64,000 nucleotides of DNA, taken from the NCBI GenBank assembly GCA_951406725.2, contig OX597820.1, positions 80,290,001-80,354,000 of the forward strand, written 5' to 3'. Shown piece by piece: positions 39,501 to 53,323 of this stretch. The position numbers and the translations under genes were made by a program. The notes beneath the pieces are model-generated. The model was not told the origin of the DNA, made no database searches, and worked only from the letters and a program-made list of their open reading frames with translations. Each line of letters begins with the position of its first letter. Position 1 is the first letter of the stretch. The DNA is from Octopus vulgaris (taxonomy: Eukaryota).

Positions 39501-39834
39501 ATGAATACAGAAATTCATTGGAAATGTTATTATCTGAAGCATATTTCCTTTTATAAGTATTCCGTTCTTGTAATTCGATGATATCCATCTTTCCGTAATT
39601 GGTTTCCAAATCTAATAATACACTCCCAGAAGATAGGATTAGGTCAGATCGAACTAGCCATAGATTTTAAATGTTTCTTCTTGGATGTTTCTTCTAGTGC
39701 CAGGCAGGAGTGGCAGAATAGCTGAGTGTATCCTGGGGAAATAACTACCATAAGTAATACAGCTCCATTTATATTAGAAATTTTTGTTTATATTTACGTG
39801 GTTTTTGCAATTTTCATCCTTGTAATTTTATAGG

Positions 39835-41330
39835 ATGGCATCCAGGGAAAGCAATAACCTAAAAAAGAAGCACGTGTCTCTAGCTTTGAACAAAGAGCAG
39901 GAACTTACAAGGAAGTTAGAACCTGGTACTTTGGTGGTAAATGTTTGTGAAAGATGTGAAGAGTATGGAGTTACAAAACGAACAGTTTCGAACATACGCC
40001 AAGAACAAACTCATCCCATTTTCATTGAAATATAATGTTGATATAAATGCTAAATCATCTGTTTGTGCAAGGAAACGGATAAGAATTGCAAAAGATACAA
40101 ATGTTGAGGAGGTGGTGATGAATAACTATCATTGGTTAATAACATCTATGATGGAGAAGTTCTGGATGCCGTTGCTGTGGTGGGCATATGAGCATCAAGA
40201 ATTTCGAAGTTAGTGACAAATGGATATGGTAATAAGATTATCCAGGATGAATCCGGCAGTGCACCCAACCAAATATCGAACTACTCAGGAAAAAGGTAAA
40301 TGATTTAATTAAATGTGTGTTACAGGGATGAAACTTGGTTGTATTGGCAGTCATTATCACGGAATATCCAACCTTTTTAAGAACGAAACTTCCAAATCTG
40401 GTCGTAAACAAAATAAGGAACTTTTGTTGCCTGAGCACAGACTGTATGCAAGTGAGTGGTGATATGAAACCCGCACATCTGCATGGTTTGAAAGACTTAG
40501 CGTACAAGCAACTAATGCGTTATTACAAGAGCAAGAATTTGTGGTACAAATTACATATTACGTTTTTTGGTGGAGGTTTTTTCGTATTTTATTCTTGAAG
40601 TGTATAAATGACAGAAAAATGTTCTAAAACTTTCAGCTGATAAGATGAAGATACTACAAATTTAATTCAATGCACCAACTCACTCAGAGGCCGCCTTCTT
40701 GTCAGTATTGATGGAAAACTAAGGCGCATGTTGCTACCGTCTAGTGTTATCACCACAACCCAACCAATGAACAAAGATATGATTGGAGTCCACAAATTAT
40801 TATACCGACGAAGATATTTGGATGAAGTTCACATTGTGATAGAAGGGGAAAACATAAGAGAAGAAGAGGGGGAGGACAAAGAATTCTCGTTAGAATCAAG
40901 AACTATAAGCTAAAGTCAGCAATATTCAATTTAGCAGATTCAATTATTTTCTGCATGTTGAAGAAGAATACGATTTTGAAAGGTTCATGACAAGTGTTAT
41001 TTCATCGTAGCTTTCAGAAGGCAAATGAAACAGATGTTCGAGGGGTCAACTTCAAAACCTAGCTAGAAGTTACAGTGGACCCTGAATATCAAATGTTAAC
41101 GGAAGAAGAAATAAGTTTATGACAACAGAAATAGTGAGAGTGACGAAAAGGACGAACCTTTGTTCAAAAAACCCCAAACTTTCTGTTATAAAAGAATCTC
41201 TCGATGGTGACCTTTCGTGTCAATAGAAACTCATATTCAGCCATATTATCAAGAATTTATCATTTTCAAGAAGTGACATCAGCAAAGTAAACAAGTGATG
41301 CTGGAGTCAGTCTTCAATAAAGTTCCATCT
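39835..41330 (+). pseudogene. Decayed pogo/Tigger (CENP-B-like) transposase
   Basis: N-terminal KKKHVSL..K.EL.RKLE.G...EYGVTKRTVSNIR (CENP-B HTH), RKRIR.AK, and later LLPSSVITTTQPMNKDMIG..K.LYRRRYL (DDE_1 LPPNTT..QPMDQG-like). Many stops. Confidence 0.7.
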
Positions 41331-41419
41331 GATCTGTTTCTGTATTCTGCCGGCATAAACTCAAAGACTTCACATTAAGTAGTTAATCCGAGATAAGCCA
41401 CTCGCTGTTGGAAATATTA

Positions 41420-41873
41420 TTTTCTGCTCTACGCACAAGGCACGAAATTTTTGGGGGAGGAAGCCAGTCGATTAGATTGATCCCAGTTGACGCCGAAATG
41501 TTGAAAAGCAAAGTCGACCTCGGCGGAATTTGAACTCAGAACACAAAGACAGATGAAATATCGCTATGCATTTCGCCTGGCGTGCTAATGTTTCTGCCAG
41601 CTCGTCGCCTTTTACTGTTGCAAATATTAACCTATCTTTATACACTGGTTTCAAATTTTTGGTACAAGGCCCGCAATTTTGAATGGAGAGGCTAAGTTGA
41701 TTATATCGACCCCAGTACTCAACTGGTACTTATTTTATCGACTTCGAAATGACGCCAGGACTTATTCTTTGTAAGCCTAGTACTTATTCTACCGGTCTCG
41801 TATGCCAAACCGCTACGTTACGAGGACATAAACATACCAACATCGGTTTGTCAAGCGATGGCGAGATTGAAAA

Positions 41874-41924
<51 letters not shown>

Positions 41925-42312
41925 CGACGGGCTTCTTTCAGTTTACGTCAACCAAATCCACTCACAAGGCTTTGGTCGACCCGGGGCTATACTAGAAGAC
42001 ACTTGCCCAAAGTGCCACGCAGTGAGACTGAACTCAGAACTATGTGGTTGGGAAGCAAGCTTCTTTTTTACTCTAGGCACAAGACCCGAAATTGGGGGTG
42101 GGGGGGCAGTCGATTAGATCGACCCAGTACGCAACTAGTACTTTATTTATCGACCGCGAAAGGATGAAAGGTAAAGTCGACCTTCGCGGAATTTGATCTC
42201 AGAACGTAAAGACAGACGAAATACGGCTAAGCATTTTGTACGGCGTGCTAACTTATCTGCCAGCTCCCCGCCTTGGGAAGCAAACGTCTTACGACACAGC
42301 CACGCCTGCGCT
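41420..42312 (-). mobile_element. Cluster of nested SINEs: B (41420-41612), partial B (~41645-41750), A (~41755-42312) interrupted by B (~42062-42275)
   Basis: Family diagnostic motifs. GGGAAGCAA is repeated around the nested B copy. Confidence 0.78.
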
Positions 42313-43779
42313 TATTTGTTAAGGAAATTAATTTAATGTTCCAGGCAGTTTGCTTATTTATTCATCGCCACCACAAAAAAAAAAAAAATTCAGATCTCTT
42401 CGATGAAAACAAAATAACTCATTTATCTTCTTGAAATATTTATACAATTATTTGATGATATAGGCCATCACTAGCGTCCTGCTATTCTACCGTTTCACTA
42501 TACTAAATATAAATTCATGAGTGTTTAGCCGACTCACATATTAGTGAGTTCTCATCCTTGCATGGATTGGAACCGTGAAAAAAATTATTAAATATACAAT
42601 CGTATTTTCAATTCTAGCTCTACATCATCATATATGATGAAAAAAAAATAAGTAAAAAAACTGGCATGTCTTCACAACTGATAGGAGTGGATTCACGTCA
42701 ACGAGTAATGATCAACAAAACTGCTATCCAGGTAATATCAACCGTAGAAGAGAATGAACGTCGCATATCAATGTTCAAGCCCTGTTGAACTACGGGGAAC
42801 CTCACGCAGACTCTCCTCCCCAAAGCATTTCAAGTACCACCATCTATATCCTCCCAGTTCCTGTCATGCGCTGTTAACAATGTTCGGCAAGGAGGATAAC
42901 TCCCTGTCTATAAAAACCCGTGGACCATCTTAGAATATCGCAAATACTAATTCAAATATGTTAGATTATAAATTCTCCCTAAGAAAAGCGATCATCAACC
43001 GAACTAAAAGAAATAAAGGTGATTATGAACACTTTTGTGGACAACGGAATGGCTTCGAGATTAACTATGTGGTTTCTGGTTTCAATCCTACCGTACATCA
43101 TTTTGAGCAAGAATATCTACAGAAGCATTTTGTTGACCATTACATTGTGAGTGCAACAGGATGAGCAGAAAATGCATGGAAGCCAGTCGGAGCCATGAAT
43201 TTTATTCGAGCATTGATTTAATCAGTGGCCCAGTTAAAAAAAAGACCTTGGCCTTTCGATGTTTTTTGGCTCATTTCAGTCTACTGAATGTCTTCGAGTG
43301 AGGACAGAAGATAACTAATTCGGTGGATATCATGAAATTTTTTAGGGGCGCTGCCTTTGCTTTCCTAACTCAGGCAGTCATACACACAGGAAGCAATAGA
43401 GATTTATTGACGTAGACGCTTGTGAACATGTAGAAACCCATGTTGAGATGCATTATACTGAAATACTTATATGTAGTTATATATAATCGTAAAACGGTGA
43501 ATGGATACAATGTCTTAGATACATACATGCAAATATAAACCTACACATACATATGTACAAGCACACACAATCATATAAACATTTATACACGCACAGATAT
43601 ACGTATAATTTTAAAGTATACACATATATATTCCTTATCAATCTACACATATATGTCACTATTTTCGCAGACAATGGTTAAAATTCAATAACTTTTTTCC
43701 TTGTATTTACATAGACATATACATATATATGTGCATATATATATATATATGTAGAATATATACATACATATATATATAA

Positions 43780-44013
43780 ATATTTCTTTACTACCCACAA
43801 GGGGCTAAACACAGAGGGGACAAACAAGGACAGACAAAGAGATTAAGTCGATTACATCGACCCCAGTGCGTAACTGGTACTTATTTAATCGAGCCCGAAA
43901 GGATGAAAGGCGAAGTCGACCTCGGCGGGATTTGAACTCAGAACGTAGCGGCAGACGAAATACCGCTTAGCATTTCGCCCGGCGTGCTAACGCTTCTGCC
44001 AGCTCGCCGCCTT
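43780..44013 (-). mobile_element. SINE family B monomer (tail 1), young
   Basis: Near-consensus reverse complement between TA tracts. Confidence 0.87.
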
Positions 44014-44064
44014 TATGTATATATATATATATATATATATATGAATATATATATATATATATGA

Positions 44065-44202
<138 letters not shown>

Positions 44203-44284
44203 GTGAAAAGGAACACACGAGTTGATATATATGAAAAAACAAGTCAAAATAGAAAATGCTAAAATAATTTTATAAAGAACATTT

Positions 44285-44322
44285 CAGTACCGGTTTCGGT
44301 CATTTTGAGACCTTTTCAACTG
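44285..44322 (-). ncRNA. Minimal hammerhead, U3-A8 variant (left PLE arm)
   Basis: Exact reverse complement of 48214-48251. Confidence 0.65.
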
Positions 44323-44966
44323 TAACGATTAAATAATTAAAATTAGAAAAATTAGAAGAAAAGTTTTTTAAAGGAATATTTGTATAGTGTTCAAATATAA
44401 GTGGCATTCTGCCTTTCTCTGTTTCCATTGTTTGCACTTGTGTGTTCGAGGTAGTTGTGAATTCTTGGTAGGGTAGAAGAAGAAGAGGGATGATGAGGAG
44501 AAGGGGTGGAGAAATTTGGGAGTGCCTTGATTGTGGTATTTTGAATGGTCAGTTGCAGTTCAATTCAGGAGAATATTTCTATTGAAAGGGTTGTTTATGG
44601 AATTTGCGTAGGTGTTATACTAAAGAGCATTAGTGACAAAGTTAAGAGGTAGAAGGTGGAGAAGAAGAAGAAGAAGATGACGATGTTGATGATGATGATG
44701 ATGATGAAGAAGAAGGAGAAGATGAAGATGATGATGGTGATGATGATGACGACGATGATGATGATGATGACGACGATGATGATGATAATGATGATGATGA
44801 AGAAGAAGAAAACAGAGAAGGGAGAATATGAATGGGTGAAAGTAGTGAGGTGTTGTAGGCATGTCATGGATTATAGCTGTGATTGGTAAGAAGCTGATTT
44901 GTAATGGATTCTTTGGAATGTAATATTTGTGTGTGTATATTTCTTTTATTCTAAAGTTGAGGTATA

Positions 44967-45510
44967 TTAATCGTTTGTCGTAGACCCGTTAAGAAGTGGC
45001 CTGTATTTTGTAATAAAGAGAGTTTCTTTACTTATTCGTTGTCTCGAGGTTGTATCGTCCCTGAATTGGTAGAGGGGGAAAATCCTGAAGCCTGGTGTTT
45101 TGTTGTTGGCGCAAGTATCTATGTGTTGGCTGAAAGCTATTTTCCTGTTTTGGGGAATTTTTATCTGGGATCTGTGCAGGGCCATTCTTTTACGCAAACT
45201 ATTTTTTGTTTGGCCTATGTACTGCTCTTGACACCCGGAGCAGGTTAGTGAGTATATTAGGTTCTCCGAAGCACATGTGAAGTTGCTTTTCACTGTAAAC
45301 CGTTGTCCCTGTTTGAAGGAGAACTTTGATCCCTCAATTAGATAATCGCATATCCCGCAATTGGGTCTTCCACATTTTTTTACTGCCGGCTTCTGTGTTG
45401 AAGAGTGAATTCGGGCTTGTGTTAGGAGACTTTTCATGGATTTAGGCTGTCTCTTGCTTTTTATGATCGTGTGTGTTTGGAGGATTGTGTTCATTCTGTG
45501 GTCTTTTTTT
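44967..45510 (-). pseudogene. Inverted-arm copy of the PLE linker + GIY-YIG domain, open frame
   Basis: ORF 44967-45530 reads through with TCA where the + copy has TAA. Confidence 0.88.
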
Positions 45511-47529
45511 GATGATTTCTGTGACCACATATCAAATTACCCATATCAACATATGCTCAAACAAAAACACAAACCAAACTTCAGCAAAAAAGAATGGGCT
45601 GATTTGAACAAATTAAAACAAGATAAAACTATAACAATCAAAGAGGCCGATAAAGGGAGTGCTGTTGTCTTAATGGATACGACATTTTACATAACTTTGG
45701 TACTATCTATGCTGGAAGACACAACATACTATGAAAAGGCACAAAACTACAGTCAACAAAAAATAATGAGGGAACTAAAATCCATGTTAAACCCATACAA
45801 AGAAGGGCTCACCGACAAAGAATATGATTATATGACCAATTTCACAAGTAAAACCAGCCAATTCTACGGTATACCTAAGATACATAAAAGTGAGAAAATA
45901 AGCAACGCATGCAAGATAGCTACAGACAAAATAATTAAAGTCCCTAATCCTAATGACCTCAAATTGAGACCCATAATAGCAGGTCCTGCATGCGAAACCC
46001 ACCGCCTCAGTAACTTTTTAGACACCCTGTTAAAACCACTCCTCAAACATGTCAAAAGCTATATAAGGGACGACTTGGATATGCTCAATCACCTACCGAA
46101 TACTATAAACAAAAACACCATACTGGTATCCTTCGATGTAGTCAACCTCTACTCCAATATCCCCCACAACCTAGGACTAGAGGCAATCCAATTATGGCTA
46201 GAGAATCACGCCAACGAACTACCACATCGCATCAAAAAAGAATTCGTGATAGAAGGGGTTAAATTCATCCTGGAAAATAACTTCTTCGCCTTCAATGACA
46301 ACTTCTACCGACAAAAATCGGAGACTGCGATGGGTACACGAATGGCCCCCTCCTTTGCCAACCTAGTCATACGATATCTAGAGATCAGTCTGTATCGTAA
46401 GGTTCTAGAAAGATATGGCAGCCCTTTCTCCATCTGCATAGAAAACAACTGGAAGAGATATCTAGATGACTGTTTCATTCTTTGGCATAAAAATATAGAA
46501 AAACTCATAGAATTCCAGGAAATTTTAAACGGATTGGACGTAAACATCCAATTCACGATGGAATATAGCCAGCAACAACTCCCCTTCCTCGATATCCTCA
46601 TTAAGAAAGCTAATAATGTAATAGAAACAGACATATATTATAAGCCTACAGATTCTAAGCAATATCTTCCATTCAATTCATGCCACCCCAGACACACCAG
46701 GATGAATATCCCCTTCAATCTAGCAAAAAGGATATGCACTATAGTCTCTAATGCAAACACCAGAGACACACGACTACGAGAACTAAAAGATACCCTTATC
46801 ACCAGGAACTATCCACCTTCACTTATTGACAAGTGCATTCAACCTGCCCTTCAACTTAACATCAAGGAACTGAGACATCCCAAATCAAAGAAAAACTTAC
46901 GGCCAAAAACCTTACCATACATCTCCACACACAACCCTCTCAATAACGAAACCTTCGGCACCATCCTCCACAACATACCCATCCTAAAAAAAGACCACAG
47001 AATGAACACAATCCTCCAAACACACACGATCATAAAAAGCAAGAGACAGCCTAAATCCATGAAAAGTCTCCTAACACAAGCCCGAATTCACTCTTAAACA
47101 CAGAAGCCGACAGTAAAAAAATGTGGAAGACCCAATTGCGGGATATGCTATTATCTAATTGAGGGATCAGAGTTCGCCTTCAAACAGGGACAACGGTTTA
47201 CAGTGAAAAGCAACTTCACATGTGCTTCGGAGAACCTAATATACTCACTAACCTGCTCCGGGTGTCAAGAGCAGTACATAGGCCAAACAAAAAATAGTTT
47301 GCGTAAAAGAATGGCCCTGCACAGATCCCAGATAAAAATTCCCCAAAACAGGAAAATAGCTTTCAGCCAACACATAGATACTTGCGCCAACAACAAAACA
47401 CCAGGCTTCAGGATTTTCCCCCTCTACCAATTCAGGGACGATACAACCTCGAGACAACGAATAAGTAAAGAAACTCTCTTTATTACAAAATACAGGCCAC
47501 TTCTTAACGGGTCTACGACAAACGATTAA
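45511..47529 (+). pseudogene. PLE reverse transcriptase + Cys-rich linker + GIY-YIG endonuclease, one premature TAA at 47095-47097
   Basis: ADKG, FYGIPKIHK, LRPII, SFDVVNLYSNIP, AMGTRMAPSFANL, RYLDD, LPFLD, YYKPTD, SCHP; linker CGRPNCGIC; NLIY..TC..C..QYIGQT..LRKRM..H. Confidence 0.93.
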
Positions 47530-48213
47530 TATACCTCAACTTTAGAATAAAAGAAATATACACACACAAATATTACATTCCAAAGAATCCATTACAAATC
47601 AGCTTCTTACCAATCACAGCTATAATCCATGACATGCCTACAACACCTCACTACTTTCACCCATTCATATTCTCCCTTCTCTGTTTTCTTCTTCTTCATC
47701 ATCATCATTATCATCATCATCGTCGTCATCATCATCATCATCGTCGTCATCATCATCACCATCGTCATCATCATCTTCTTCTTCTCCTTCTCCTTCTTTT
47801 TCTTCATCATCATCATCATCATCAACATCGTCATCTTCTTCTTCTTCTTCTTCTTCTTCTTCTTCTTCTTCTTCTCCACCTTCTACCTCTTAACTTTATC
47901 ACTAATGCTTTTTAGTATAACACCTACGCAAATTCCATAAACAACCCTTTCAATAGAAATATTCTCCTGAATTGAACTGCAACTGACCATTCAAAATACC
48001 ACAATCAAGGCACTCCCAAATTTCTCCACCCCTTCTCCTCATCATCCCTCTTCTTCTTCTACCCTACCAAGAATTCACAACTACCTCGAACACACAAGTG
48101 CAAACAATGGAAACAGAGAAAGGCAGAATGCCACTTATATTTGAACACTATACAAATATTCCTTTAAAAAAACTTTTCTTCTAATTTTTCTAATTTTAAT
48201 TATTTAATCGTTA

Positions 48214-48251
48214 CAGTTGAAAAGGTCTCAAAATGACCGAAACCGGTACTG
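48214..48251 (+). ncRNA. Minimal hammerhead, U3-A8 variant (right PLE arm)
   Basis: cag-TTGAAAA-ggtc-tcaaaat-gacc-GAAA-ccgg-TA-ctg, with palindromic stem III and a GUA triplet, ~50 bp from the element end. Confidence 0.65.
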
Positions 48252-48296
48252 AAATGTTCTTTATAAAATTATTTTAGCATTTTCTATTTTGACTTG

Positions 48297-48343
<47 letters not shown>

Positions 48344-48429
48344 CATGTACATACGTATACACACACGCAGACACGTCTACACAATTACATACGTAAATAC
48401 TCACATACATACATACATACATACATACA

Positions 48430-48460
<31 letters not shown>

Positions 48461-48584
48461 CATGAACTACCTGTTTCTTTCTCAGATTCAGCACGAAATT
48501 TTGTCAGCGAACACGTTGCGGTTTCAAATCGACGAAAATATTTTATCACAAATTAAATTTAAATGTTGAAGTGAATCTAACGGA

Positions 48585-48652
<68 letters not shown>

Positions 48653-48811
48653 GCATGTGGCTTATAAACTTCTTCCACGCTGTAATTGTTTTTTGTGTCA
48701 GCACACGATCTCAGATCGAGTCACTTGCTATGCAAGCACATCTAATAAATATTCTTTTCATAAATATCCGTAGCGCTACATAATAATGCCAAAAAAAAAA
48801 ACAATGAAAAG

Positions 48812-48864
<53 letters not shown>

Positions 48865-49089
48865 AACCTTAACCTTAATGGAAGTTCATAGTCTGGAAGA
48901 AGAAAAATCGTCTGATTCTGAAATAAAAAATGATGTAGGTCAGATTAAGAATTAGATAGGAAAATGTATTGAAGTATAAAATATTATGTTTTTGTGTGCG
49001 TGTGTGTGTACATACACATATAGATATGTATGTTGTAAGTATATACTTACATACATACATATCTATATGTGTATGTTTTGTTTTTATGC

Positions 49090-49123
<34 letters not shown>

Positions 49124-49227
49124 GTTACTATGTGAAAATGTGAAGTACAGAATGGTGTTCTTGTATGTAGTTAGAAAAAGTGTGTATGAAGTGTGGTAGG
49201 CTATGTCTGGGTGGTTGTGTGTGTGTG

Positions 49228-49272
<45 letters not shown>

Positions 49273-49671
49273 GGGTGTTTATGTAAAATATAGAATTGGG
49301 TGTGTGTATGGGAAGTGTAGAAACTAATGTTTTTTCGTGAGCGTGTATGGAAGAAGATATTGGTTACAAGTTATATTTCTGTGTTTATGCGTACGTATGT
49401 GCATATATACATATATGTATGTGTATATATATATAGGTGTGTGTGTGTGCGCGTGTATGTGTGAGTGTATATGAAAGTATATATGTATGAATATATGTAT
49501 ATACGTATGTGGCTGGTAAGGAGTTGGCTTCTCAATCACATGGTTCGGTGTTCAGTCCTACTGGATGGTGCTTTGGGCAAGTATCGTCTAGCCTGGAACC
49601 AACCAGTGGTTTATATATATATAATTTCGCATTAGAGAAGCCAGGACATAGAGAAAAATAAAAATTCTTTA

Positions 49672-49837
49672 ACGCAGGAGTGGGTGTGTGGTGAGTAACT
49701 TGCTTACCAAATATATGGTTCCGAGTTCAGTCCCACTGCATGGTACCTTGGGCAAGTGTCTTCTACTATAGCCTCAGGCCTTGTGAGTGGATTTGGTAGA
49801 CGAAAACTGAAAGAATCCCGTCGTATATATGTATATG

Positions 49838-49912
<75 letters not shown>

Positions 49913-50150
49913 GCGTGTGTGTGTGTGTGTGTGTTTGTGTCTGTGTTTGTTCCCCAAACATCGCTTGACAACCGATGCTGGTGTGTTTACGTCTCCGTAA
50001 CTTAGCGGTTCGGCAAAATAAACCGATAGAATAAGTACTAGGCTTTCAAAGAATAAGTCCTGGGGGCGATTTGCTCGACTAAAGGCGGAGCTCCAGCATG
50101 GCTGCAGTCAAATGACTGAAACAAGTAAAAGAATAAAAAAGTAAAAGAGT
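49672..50150 (+). mobile_element. SINE family A, full length
   Basis: Head, CORE-like segment, (TG)n and GAAACAAGTAAAAGA tail. Confidence 0.85.
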
Positions 50151-50159
50151 GATAGTGGA

Positions 50160-51978
50160 AATAATATACGTAGCGGGATGGACCATACGGACAATTATCA
50201 TAATAGCATGCATGATATGAAAACAGTAACCAAATAGACCAGACAGTAGGAAAAGTTAAAGATAGGAAATCTGTGCAATTAGAATATAACAATAGAGTAT
50301 CTAGACACAAAGAGAAGAGTACAAATTTACTTGAATATGCTCCAAATAAAGTACAAAGACAGGGTAAGGAAACAATACATAAGCTCTATGAATAATAATA
50401 AACAAATATTTGACAAATATAATGTCGAAAATAATAGCAAATAAACTCAATGCCGTAATAAAAGCCAGATAAAGAGATTACACACTTTTACAAAAAGCTT
50501 AGGTAGAAATAGAAATATATACCTCAGTTATATGGATATCTCTAGCTATACCGAAAGGTATATAATTCCCTTCGGAAAACAAATAATTTCCAGTATACCA
50601 AAATTGTTTTATTCAGCATTGACTAAACATTTTTCGAGAGACAGTAAATACTATAGAAATTTTCATAAAATTAGGGTTAGAGTAGCTTTCTGTAATAGCA
50701 AAATTCTAGCATAAATTAAAGCTGTACACAACCATAGTAAATTTAAGTTTCCATATGGACCAAAGCAATAATAGTAACCATGATTATAATTATAGATCAA
50801 TAAATAGCAACAATATCAACATGAGTGTACAAACCATAACACAACTAGGCATCAGGATATGAACTATGGCTTGACAACCAATAAAATTGAAGAGACCCGA
50901 GGGAACACCACAATTAACCTGAAAGTAATATATGTGAATTCTAAAAAGCAAAGTATTCAGAAGCTTAGAAGATAGACAGGAGAATATAGAAATCACATCT
51001 AGAGTAGGTGAAGTGGATAATAGTAATAGAAGTTGTAGAATTATTAAATGCGATTGTACAAGGAACAAGGTTTGTCTGTTTAACTCTAATTGTAGGCATA
51101 AAAATATCGTATACAGATGTAAGATTACCTCAGAGAATAGAGAGTATTTCTATACAGGAGCTATCACGCAGAGAATTGCCAATCTTTTTAGATCGTTTAG
51201 AAATAGGGACAAAATAAACACTACCAGCCTTAGTAAGTTAATTTGGGCACTAAAAGATTGTAACAAAGTATCTTCGATTGCTTGGAGGATAATTAGTAAA
51301 GCAAAACCTTATAGAATAGGCAATAATAGAAGTGACCCTTGTGTGGAAGAAATGTACCAAATTTTTCTAAATTTACTCTTATAAACACTAGCCAGGAACA
51401 GGGAATGAGATTAAATATACACTTAAACGATTTAAAGAAACATAACTTACTATCTATAGTAATTCTTCTAGTTAAAATAATGATTGTGATAATTAATATT
51501 TATGCAAATAATACTAACAACTATAATCATAATTATAATAACAATAATATTAATTGAAGTTATAAACCCAAAATAAGTTAAATACTTCTGAATAAATAAT
51601 GTACTCCATACAGTAAAATGTAAACGAAACTGCTACAGTTAAGTGTAATATAAACATTTTAAAACTACGATTCAACTGCAATACCAGTAGAGGTGGTTAT
51701 AAGATCAGAATTCAATTGGATTTTAAAACGTAACGTTATCATCTTCAACTGAATACCAACGCAAGACGCTTGTTTCAATTAGTTCACTTGGGAAACGTCG
51801 TAAGTGACGGACCTTGATGAAATTGCAGCGACTATAATACATAATTGCATACGGAGCAATGTGCAGTCGCTGCACTAGAAACATGTGGTGGTCAATGTTA
51901 TATATGCTGTAGAAAACTGTTCAATTAAAACAAAATTGGATGTGAATAAATCTCCACTCTCCTCTCGGTTTTCAGCTA
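50160..51978 (+). mobile_element. Decayed Penelope-like element, different family from 44-48 kb: RT C-terminal and GIY-YIG remnants, 3' HHR remnant
   Basis: KHFSRDSKYYRNFHKIRVRVAFCN; CDCTRNKVCLFNSNCRHKNIVYRCKI...YTG...TSLSKLIWALK...IAWRII.KA.PY. Ends in (TA)n. Left boundary uncertain. Confidence 0.72.
51810..51893 (+). ncRNA. Degenerate hammerhead motif
   Basis: gacc-TTGATGA-..tgcagcgact...agtcgctgca..-GAAA-catgtggt-ggtc. Strong stem II, damaged cleavage site. Confidence 0.45.
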
Positions 51979-52180
51979 TATATATATATATATAATTCTA
52001 TATTTTCATTTTTTAACAGATAAATATACGTATGTGCAATTAATCAATTCAATTTTTTATTTGAATTAAATTATGGCTTGCACAGTAAGGTTCGGCGAAT
52101 ATATTTGCACTTACACATATTTATCTGTTAAAAAATTAAAATATAGAATTTGGTACTGAATTATAATAAAGTTATTTAGA

Positions 52181-52275
52181 GACCTGACGATTGGGGTTGC
52201 GTTTTAAGAAATGTTCCTGTAAAACACTGCGTGCTTAAGGAACGGTAAAAGAACCTCAAGAAACACGTGTAGCAG
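52181..52275 (+). ncRNA. Type I hammerhead motif with decayed stem I
   Basis: CTGACGA (52184-52190)-ttggggtt...aacctcaa-GAAA-cacgtg-TA. Confidence 0.6.
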
Positions 52276-52677
52276 TGAAATTCAGAAATGAGTAGTAAGT
52301 ATTAAAGTAAAATTATTTTATATGGTGTGATGATGGTGACTGCTATCTCTAAATAACATATATTTCCTCATTGAGAATAATTCATTTTATTTGAATCCCT
52401 GTGATGCCGGAATTTTTATTCCCTAATAAATAAAATAAAATAATATATATACACATACATACAGACATGTATAATGATATACATATATATATATATGAAA
52501 GAGGGGAGCGGAAAGCGAGAGAGGGGGAAAGGGGAAAGGACAGAATGGAGAAGAGAGATGTATCATAATGTATATGTGTGTGTTTCCGTGTATGTACGTA
52601 TATGGCATGCATGCATGTATGTATGTATGTATGCATGTATGTATGCATGTATGTATATGTGTATAGACACTTATGCA

Positions 52678-52827
52678 TGGCTGTCTGGTAAGAAGTTTGC
52701 TTCCCAACGACATGGTTTTGGGTTCAGTCCCACAGCGTGGCATCTAAGCGATTGTCTTGGACTATAGATTCGAGCCGACCAAAGCTTTAGGAGCAGATTT
52801 AGAAGGTGGAGACTAAAAGGAGTCCGT

Positions 52828-52868
<41 letters not shown>

Positions 52869-53075
52869 ATGCTTGCCTTTGTTTCTGTGCTTGTCTCCTC
52901 CACTGCTTGACGGCCGGTCTTGGTTTGTTTACGTCCGCGTAAGTTAGCGGCTTGGCAAAACTGACGGAATAAGTACTAAACTTTAAAATTAAAGACTGAG
53001 ATCGATTTGTTTGACTAAATCCTTCAAAGCGGTGTCCCAGCATGGCCGCAATCCAATGACTGAAGCAAAATATAA
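52678..53075 (+). mobile_element. SINE family A, diverged
   Basis: Head TGGCTGTCTGGTAAG, GGTTCAGTCCC, collinear body and tail. Confidence 0.8.
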
Positions 53076-53219
53076 AAGGTATATTTACACAGAGAAAGAG
53101 TAAGACAGAGATACACGTACATGGGTGTGTATACGTGAGCGCGTGTGTGTATTTTGTGTATCAAATGTATGTATGTATGACAAATATAGAAAGAGTCGAA
53201 AATGCTCTTTATTTATTGG

Positions 53220-53323
<104 letters not shown>

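Noticed and set aside
45436-45510. N-terminus MDLGCLLLFMIVCVW of the 553-aa ORF as a signal peptide
   Set aside because: It is the antisense reading of the inverted arm fused by chance to the truncated RT frame.
47095-47097. Programmed stop read-through between PLE RT and GIY-YIG
   Set aside because: The inverted arm has TCA at this codon, so the TAA is a copy-specific mutation or error.
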